A DNA stretch of 14,621 nucleotides from positions 1 through 14,621 of the forward strand of contig NW_021825739.1 of NCBI RefSeq assembly GCF_006345805.1. The letters are read 5' to 3'. Both the position numbers and the translations under genes were made by a program. This document shows positions 7,967 to 14,621 of the stretch, piece by piece; the stretch's first letter is position 1, and each line of letters opens with the position of its first letter. The stretch is from Octopus sinensis. Its lineage: Eukaryota. The notes under the pieces are model-generated. The model was not told where the DNA came from and searched no databases. It worked only from the letters and a program-made list of their open reading frames with translations.

Positions 7967-8636
7967 TGTATGTATGTACGTATGTATGTATGTATGTATG
8001 TATGTATGTATGTATGTATGTACGTATGTATGTATGTATGTATGTACGTATGTATGTATGTATGTATGTATGTATGTATGTATGTCTGTACGTATGTATG
8101 TATGTATGGTACGTATGTAGTAGTAGTATGTATGCTAGTATGTATTATGTATGTCTAGTATGTACGTGTAGTATGTATTTATGTCTGTATGTTGTATGTA
8201 TGTATGTACGTATGTATGTATGTATGGTATGTACGTAGTATGTATGTATGTACGTATGTATGTCTTATGTATGTATGTACTATGTAGGTCTGTATGTACG
8301 TCTGTACGTATGTACGTATGTATGTATGTATGTATGTACGTAATGTAATGTATGTATGTATGTATGTATTTAATGTACGATGTATGTATGTATGTAGGTA
8401 CGTATGTATGTATGTATGTAGTATGTATGTGTATGTATGTACGTACTTACGTATGTAGTATGTATGTATGTATGTATGTACGTATGTATGTATGTATGTA
8501 TGTATGTATGTATGTATGTACTTATATGTATGTATGTTGTACGTACGTACGTACGTAATGTATGTATGTATGTAGTATGTACGTATGTACGTACGTGTGT
8601 ATGTACGTGTGTGTGTGTGTTTGTGTGTGTGCATGA

Positions 8637-8698
<62 letters not shown>
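7967..8698. repeat. Compound microsatellite: ~640 bp (TATG)n with TACG/TAG variants, then (TG)n and (AG)n
   Basis: Direct reading. Confidence 0.98.
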
Positions 8699-8704
<6 letters not shown>

Positions 8705-9071
8705 TATATTAGGACAGAGGCAGAAGGAGTGTGCTGAATAGAATTACATTTCGTATGTGATAAATAAGTCTAAAAGTATAAAAGGTTTCTTTTTCTTTTT
8801 TCTTTTGCTTTTTTAATATATTCGATTGTTTATTCATGTAAATGAAACGTTGACTTGGATTCTCAATAATAACGCAATCCTCTAATAATTATAACGATCT
8901 TTTCCTCTTCCATTCTTTTTATTATAAATCAATACAAAATAATATTTCAAACACGGTAATTATGATGGATGAGATTTTCTTCAATCTAGGGAGCACTGGA
9001 GTACCAACCGAATGCAAACAGAATTTGTACAGCTGGAAAGCACTTAATTTGAATTAATATTTTTTTTACAG

Positions 9072-9157
9072 GCAACCTGTATAGTAATATGCATGTTCCA
9101 AAACTTTCTATGAAGCATGTTAAATTTGAAAATCTTAAATTTAATGCTATTGTATTG
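9072..9157 (+). CDS. Best candidate coding exon, 86 nt (xNLYSNMHVPKLSMKHVKFENLKFNAIVL), host gene unknown
   Basis: Textbook TATTTTTTTTACAG| acceptor and TTG|GTAAGT donor; exactly one open frame (phase 1 in, phase 0 out). Confidence 0.55.
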
Positions 9158-9405
9158 GTAAGTTTTCTTTCTGTTAAGAAAATTCTTTTAAGATGTATGA
9201 ATTAGAATTCTGAATACATTTGCATTAAATTTCTAACATCAGACTAAAATAACTTATTGATAATTCAAATACATATATTTATCCCGACTGGTAATAAATT
9301 AAAGTACTTGTTTGTAATCTCACTCTCATACTTCAATATTCCCTTATTACTAAATATATTCTTTCATATTCTAAAAATATTTTCAACTGTGGCAACGATA
9401 ATATA

Positions 9406-9610
9406 CAGTAACCCCTTACCATATCGCGGTTCACCTATTGCACACTCAGTACATCGCGGATTTTTCTGGATAATATATGTAAATTTATATCGTGGACTCC
9501 TCAGGATATCCGGGTTTCTGCGGGCGATGGGTATTTATAAATTTTTAGATTTTAATTATTTTTTGGGGAGGTATTGGAACGTAACACCCGCGGCAGTCGA
9601 GGGATTACTG
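9406..9610. mobile_element. Tigger/pogo-type (Tc1/mariner superfamily) MITE, 205 bp
   Basis: Imperfect TIRs: CAGTAACCCCTTACCATATCGCGG, and the reverse complement of CCCGCGGCAGTCGAGGGATTACTG. TA on the left (9404-9405), CA (decayed TA) on the right; no coding capacity. Confidence 0.8.
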
Positions 9611-9640
9611 CATTTCGAGTTCCTATATATTAATCTAACC

Positions 9641-9872
9641 TATTTCTTTATTACCCACAAGGGGCTAAACAACGAGGGGACAAACAAGGACAAACATAGG
9701 TATTAAGTCGACTACATCGACCCCAGTGCGTAACTGGTACTTAATTTATCGACCCCGAAAGGATGAAAGGCAAAGTCGACCTCGGCGGAATTTGAACTCA
9801 CAACGTAACGCAGACGAAATACCGCTAAGCATTTCGCCCGGCGTGCTAACGTTTCTGCCAGCTCGACGCCTT
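9641..9872 (-). mobile_element. tRNA-headed SINE family B with Deu/Nin-like core, full length, perfect 15-bp TSD
   Basis: TSD TATATTAATCTAACC at 9626-9640 and 9873-9887. Sense strand has TGGCAGAAACGTTAG (A-box-like), GAGTTCAAATTCC (B-box) and GCCTTTCATCCTTTCGGGGTCGATAAATTAAGTACC (resembles the Deu/Nin domain). Confidence 0.95.
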
Positions 9873-10045
9873 TATATTAATCTAACCGTTAAACCATTTC
9901 AAATGAGCTATTGACTTTATTACTTAAATTATCACTTTCTGAGGTAATATAATACTTACATCGAATAATATTCTTTATTACCTTTTTCATTTACAAATAA
10001 ACGGACACTAAATTAGATTCCATGTAAGGTCATTAAAACAGAAAT

Positions 10046-10211
10046 AGGCGCAGGAGTGGCTGTGTGGTAAGTAGCTTGCTAACCAACGACATGGTTGCGG
10101 GTTCAGTCCCACTGCGTAGCATCTTGGGCAAGTGTCTTCTGCTATAGTCCCGGGCCGACCAATGCCTTGTGAGTGGATTTGGTAGACGAAAACTGAAAGA
10201 AGCCTGTCGTA

Positions 10212-10270
<59 letters not shown>

Positions 10271-10494
10271 TTGTGTGTCTGTGTTTCTCCCCATCTCCAA
10301 CATCGCTTGACAACCGATGCTGGTGTGTTTACGTCCCCGTCACTTAGCGGTTCGGCAAAATAGACCGATAGAATAAGTACTGGGCTTACAAAGAATAAGT
10401 CCCGGGGTCGATTTGCTCGACTAAAGGCGGTGCTCCAGCATGGCCGCAGTCAAATGTCTGAAACAAGTAAAAGAGTAAAAGAGAGAGTAAAAGA
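10046..10494 (+). mobile_element. SINE family A, copy A4 (full length, expanded internal (TA)n)
   Basis: AGGCGCAGGAGTGGCTGTGTGG head through (GTAAAAGA)n tail; shares diagnostic bases with A1. Confidence 0.94.
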
Positions 10495-11196
10495 ACATCC
10501 GCTCTAGGGTTTTCTACTGGATTTTGATTTTCCGTGCAGCGAATATATCTTATGTTGTTTTTAAATAAGATATACATAATTAAAAGGAAACGTGTTGACT
10601 TTAAGGTGGTGCTGAGTATTCTACTTAGATGTACAGAGCAGAAATTTCCGCCCAGAGCCATGTTTGGGAGCTCCTTTTGCAGAGGTTCACAACTATTCTC
10701 TGCATTAGATTCGAGAGAAATACAGTTGATGAAGTTGATGTTAAGACTCAAATCAGTCCTGCCTGAACAGAACTATTTCAAACTCAAACCATTTGGTCTT
10801 CTAACGGAGAAGGATAAAATTATCCAAGGCCCCACCTTTCTACTATTAAGACAGTAAAAAGGAATCTATTTGTTATTCTCAGTAGATCACTTGCCACCTG
10901 GAAGCTCGTCCACTGAGTCAGGAGTGGTGTGGGTTGTTTGTAGAGGCTTGAATGCGCGGAAGCTTTACCTCTCTATAATGCGCGGATCCTTGGGCGAGTG
11001 TCTTCTATAACCTCGGACCCATCAATACGTTGTGAGTGAATTTGACGGACGGAGACTGTGTGGACGGCCACCTTGGGTGTGTGTGTGTGTGTGTATGCAT
11101 ACATACACACGCACACGCATACATACATACATACATACATACATACATACATACATACATACATACATACATACATACATACGTACATACATACAG

Positions 11197-11231
<35 letters not shown>

Positions 11232-11264
11232 TATATATATGTCTATATATATATATATTATATA

Positions 11265-11323
11265 CAGTAGTACCTCGGTTTTCGAACACTTCTGATCACG
11301 ATTAAATCGTGCTTTATATATAA

Positions 11324-11367
<44 letters not shown>

Positions 11368-11444
11368 TTAAATATGTAGATAGATATAAGATAGATAGAT
11401 AGATAGATATATAGATAGATAGATAGATAGATAGAGAGATAGAG

Positions 11445-11523
<79 letters not shown>

Positions 11524-11616
11524 GAGATAGAGAGATATATAGATAGATAGATAGATAGATAGATACAAAACACGATTTATTCGGGATCAGGTGTTCCGAA
11601 AACCGAGGTACTACTG
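11265..11616. mobile_element. Tigger/pogo-type foldback MITE, ~47-bp TIRs, TA TSD, interior (TA)n plus (GATA)n
   Basis: Left TIR CAGTAGTACCTCGGTTTTCGAACACTTCTGATCACGATTAAATCGTG (11265-11311); right TIR reverse complement CAGTAGTACCTCGGTTTTCGGAACACCTGATCCCGAATAAATCGTG (11571-11616); TA at 11263-11264 and 11617-11618. Confidence 0.92.
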
Positions 11617-11873
11617 TATGTGGTGTGTGTGGTGGTTGTGTGTGTGTGTGTGTGTGTGTGTGCGTGCGTGCGTGTGTACGTGTGTGTTTGTGTCTGTGTA
11701 TGTGAGAGTGTGTGTCCACCACCGGTCAATCGCTGTTGGTTTATTCACGTCTTCCTAATTTATCGGTTCGACAAAAGAGATCGATGAAATAAGTACCAGA
11801 TTAAAATTTTTAAAAAAATACAATTAAATAAGCAGCACGATAGATTTGTACGAATAAACCCTTCAAGGCGGTG

Positions 11874-11924
11874 CCACAGCATGGCCACAGCATGGCCACA
11901 GCATGGACACAGCATGGCCACAGC
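11874..11924 (+). repeat. 11-bp tandem repeat (CCACAGCATGG) x4.6 inside the SINE A5 tail
   Basis: Direct reading; the unit is single-copy in other family A copies. Confidence 0.95.
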
Positions 11925-12021
11925 TCAATTAAAACAAGTAAAAGCTAAAAGATAATGGTTTTGCATTGGTGAATAACAGGTCAGCATGACATTACTTCCT
12001 TTGAATTCTGTTCGACCTTAG

Positions 12022-12095
12022 AATTCATATGACCTTCCACAAATTCCAGATTCCATTCATTTCACAATATTGGTTACCAGTAGTCGCAGATATTG
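12022..12095 (+). CDS. Candidate 74-nt coding exon (NSYDLPQIPDSIHFTILVTSSRRY+TG)
   Basis: ttcgaccttag acceptor and TTG|GTAACG donor; the phase-0 start fits the phase-0 end of 9072-9157. Confidence 0.3.
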
Positions 12096-12377
12096 GTAAC
12101 GGCAGTGATTTCTTTAGGCCTTTTGCTGTTTTAGTTGTATGCTTATGATTTTGTTAGGGCCTGGAGATTTTCAAATTTTAGAATTTTTTTTCTCTATTAC
12201 TTTTCGGGTGTTTGATTGAAAAAAAAAGGGGGATCAAAATCAAAGATGCGTAATTTTTGTTTGGGATTTCCGTCTGCTTCTTCGTGTGGATTTCTCCAAG
12301 TAAAAATCAAGACGTTTTCCCGATGCTGCTATATATCCATGTTATTCGATGTTGTTACGTAACAGGTGCATGACGCG

Positions 12378-12708
12378 ACAGACAGACGGATTAAGTCGAT
12401 TAGATTGACTCCAGTGCATAACTGGTACTTAGTTTATCGACCCCGAAAGGATGAAAGGCAAAGTCGACCTAGGCGGAATTTGAACTCAGAACGTAAGACA
12501 GACGAAATACCTATTTCTTTACTACCCACAAGGGGCTAAACACAGAGATGACAAACAAGGACAGACAAACGGATTAAGTCGAATATATCGACCCCAGTGC
12601 GTAACTGGTACTTAATTTATCGACCCCGAAAGGACGAAAGGCAAAGTCGACCTCGGCGTAATTTGAACTCAGAACGTAGCAGCACACGAAATACCGCTAA
12701 GCATTTCG
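12378..12708 (-). mobile_element. Head-to-tail dimer of two truncated SINE B units (12512-12708 and 12378-12511)
   Basis: Both units align to 9641-9872; in sense orientation the tail ..AAAGAAATA runs directly into GGTATTTCGTC of the second unit. Confidence 0.9.
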
Positions 12709-12767
12709 ATCTAATCGACTGGTCTCCTCCCCCAAAATTTCGGCCCTTGTGCCTAGGGTAGAAAAGA
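12706..12767 (+). mobile_element. Inverted SINE B-related 3' fragment with a different tail
   Basis: TCGATCTAATCGACT (12706-12720) is a 14/15 reverse-complement match to 12394-12408. It is followed by GGTCTCCTCCCCCAAAATTTCGGCCCTTGTGCCTAGGGTAGAAAAGA, which I recall as an alternative tail of this family. Confidence 0.65.
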
Positions 12768-13027
12768 CTATTTCTTCGTTCAGTTGTGTTTGTTATCGAT
12801 GTTGTTGCTATCACACTTACTGCAATTGTTCTTTCAACGACTATCGTTGTTGTTTTGTTTTTTGTTGTAGTTGATGTTGACAGCGATGTTGCTATCGTTG
12901 TTTCTACGGTTAATTTGGTCCTGATATCAATGTAGCAGTTGTTGTTGACATTGCTATTGTTGTTAGTTCAGTTGTTGCTGTATTTGTTGTTGATAACACT
13001 GTTGATGGTAAATTTTTTGCTAATTCT

Positions 13028-13260
13028 TATTTCTTTATTGCCCACAAGGGGCTAAACATAGAGGGAACAAATAAGGACAGACAAAGGGATTAAGTCAATT
13101 ACATCGACCCCAGTGTGTAACTGGTACTTAATTTATCGACCCCGAAAGGATGAAAGGCAAAGTTGACCTCGGCGGAATTTGAACTCAGAACGTAACGGCA
13201 GCCGAAATAGCGCTAAGCATTTCGTCCAGCATGCTAACATTTCTGCCAGCTCGCCGCCAT
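13028..13260 (-). mobile_element. SINE family B, full length, 16-bp TSD with 1 mismatch
   Basis: ATTTTTTGCTAATTCT (13012-13027) vs ATTTGTTGCTAATTCT (13261-13276); aligns to 9641-9872. Confidence 0.94.
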
Positions 13261-13490
13261 ATTTGTTGCTAATTCTAATCTGTTGTACTAACAGATGATG
13301 CAAATGCAGCTGCTTCCTCTTGTTGTTACATTTGCTATTGCTTCAAGATGCCCTTTCAAATGCTGTTGTTGCTATGACTGTTGTTGTTGCAACATGCGCT
13401 GTTGATAACATTGCTGTAGCTATTTTTGATGTTGAAAATGTCGCCGCCGTTACTAATGCTACAAATTTTGTTGCGTACGTGTATTATTGT

Positions 13491-13733
13491 GGAGGCGCGT
13501 GGCTTAGTGGTTAGGGTGTCAGCATCATGATCGTAAGATTGTAGTTTCGATTCCTGGACCGGGCGATGCGTTCTATTCTTGAGCAAAACACTTCATTTCA
13601 CTATTTGCTCCAGTCCACTCAGCTGGCAAAAATGAGTAACGCTGCAATGGACTGGCGTCCCGTCCAGCTGGGGAACACATACGCCATTGAAACCGGACCC
13701 ACGAGCCTGGCTAGGCTTTAAACGAGCGCATTT
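13491..13733 (+). mobile_element. tRNA-headed SINE family C, near full length
   Basis: A-box TGGCTTAGTGG (13500-13510), B-box GTTTCGATTCC (13544-13554), CORE-like CTTGAGCAAAACACTT, and GCAATGGACTGGCGTCCCGTCCAG, which resembles the V-SINE domain. Confidence 0.88.
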
Positions 13734-14621
13734 AGTTTTACGCATATTATTATTGCTATAGCTGTCGTTGTTGCTATTTTTTCTTATTGATAACATAATT
13801 GACGCTAGTTTGTTGTCGCTAATTCCATTGTAGCAACAGATATTATTGCTATTGTTGCTATCTCTTATAGCTGCTGTTGTTAGATTTACTGTTGCTACAA
13901 GCTGCTCTTGCAACTGTTACGATTGTTGTTGTAGCTATTTTTACTGTTAATAACATTGTTGTTGCTACAAGCTGTTCTTTTTTTTATGGTATTGTTGCTA
14001 TTTTTGTTGCTGATAATGTTGGTGATCCTACAACTGCTGTTGCTAATCGTATATCTGTTGCTACAGATATTGTCGCTACGGCTGCTGCTGCTGCTGCTGC
14101 TTACAGTCGCTCTTCTTGAAGATGTTGCTGCTACCAGCTGTTGTTGCTAATTTCCTTAATGCTATCATTGTTGTTGTTGCTATTCCGGTCGTTGCCGCTG
14201 TTTCCTTTATTGTTGTTAACTATAGAACATTTTACTGTTGTTATAGTTAGAATTATTATAGCTACTGTTATTTCTTCTGTTAATACTGCAATTGTTCCTC
14301 GTTGCATCAGCTACTGCTATTGTTATGGTTGTTATTGTTGTTTTGTTTTTTTTTGTTGTTGTTAATGATGACAATGATGATGATGATGATGTTATCTCTG
14401 TAGTTGTTTCTGTTGTTGTTGTTGTTTTTCCTTAACGCTCTCTTTGTTCGTCTTGCTGTTTCTATTGTCGGTACTGTTAATATTGCAGTTATTGTTGTTC
14501 CTCTGATATTTGTTGTCGTTCCTTCCTATTGTTGCTTTTGTTGTAGTTGCTGTTGTTGTTGTTGTTGTTGATTGTTGTGATATCTTTTTATAGCAGCCTC
14601 GTACAATGTAATAATATAATG

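Larger units (their letters stand above)
10919..11951 (+). mobile_element. Old, diverged SINE family A copy (A5) split by microsatellite expansion and a nested MITE
   Basis: 5' half (CCTTGGGCGAGTGTCTTCTATAACCTCGGACCC..GTTGTGAGTGAATTTG) at ~10988-11070; 3' half (CGGTTCGACAAAAGAGATCGATGAAATAAGTACC..AAGGCGGTGCCACAGCATGGCC..AAACAAGTAAAAG) at ~11700-11951. 5' boundary uncertain. Confidence 0.82.
12775..14621. repeat. Long degenerate (GTT)/(GCT)/(ATT) trinucleotide low-complexity region hosting two SINEs
   Basis: Direct reading; frequent stops in all frames. Confidence 0.88.

Noticed and set aside
8854-9057. Open frame LGFSIITQSS...KALNLN and possible microexon 8990-9000
   Set aside because: No good acceptor for the long frame, and the microexon donor (GGA|GTACCA) is weak.
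9257-9706. 149-aa ORF
   Set aside because: Runs through a MITE and into a SINE; chance open frame.
1989-13560. tRNA genes at the SINE heads (1989, 6551, 6825, 9872, 10046, 13260, 13491)
   Set aside because: A/B boxes are present, but each continues into a shared SINE body and tail and I could not fold a complete cloverleaf.
120-14365. Low-complexity ORFs in the track (poly-K/M, HT/YI/CV/MYVC/YLSI repeats, poly-L/V/N)
   Set aside because: They are direct translations of micro- and minisatellites with no protein-like complexity.

Overview
AT-rich, repeat-saturated eukaryotic genomic DNA. The SINE families, which I recognise from memory, and the microsatellite load point to a coleoid cephalopod, most likely Octopus. 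There is no intact long ORF: almost every entry in the ORF track is a microsatellite, SINE or antisense artefact. Supported content: (i) about 12 copies or fragments of three tRNA-headed SINE families (my labels A, B, C), two with clear target-site duplications (TSDs); (ii) a decayed Hero-like non-LTR retrotransposon (restriction-like endonuclease class) on the minus strand that has lost its whole reverse-transcriptase domain by internal deletion; (iii) two TA-flanked Tigger/pogo-type MITEs, one a foldback element filled with microsatellites and nested inside an old SINE; (iv) a degenerate 31-32 bp minisatellite and many simple repeats; (v) several short candidate + strand coding exons of an unidentified host gene, so the window is probably mostly intron. 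I found no convincing new enzymatic or defence system. The best leads are structural: the tail-to-tail inverted SINE pair, the RT-less Hero derivative, the foldback MITE, the phased minisatellite carrying 5' splice-site motifs, and the unidentified exon chain.
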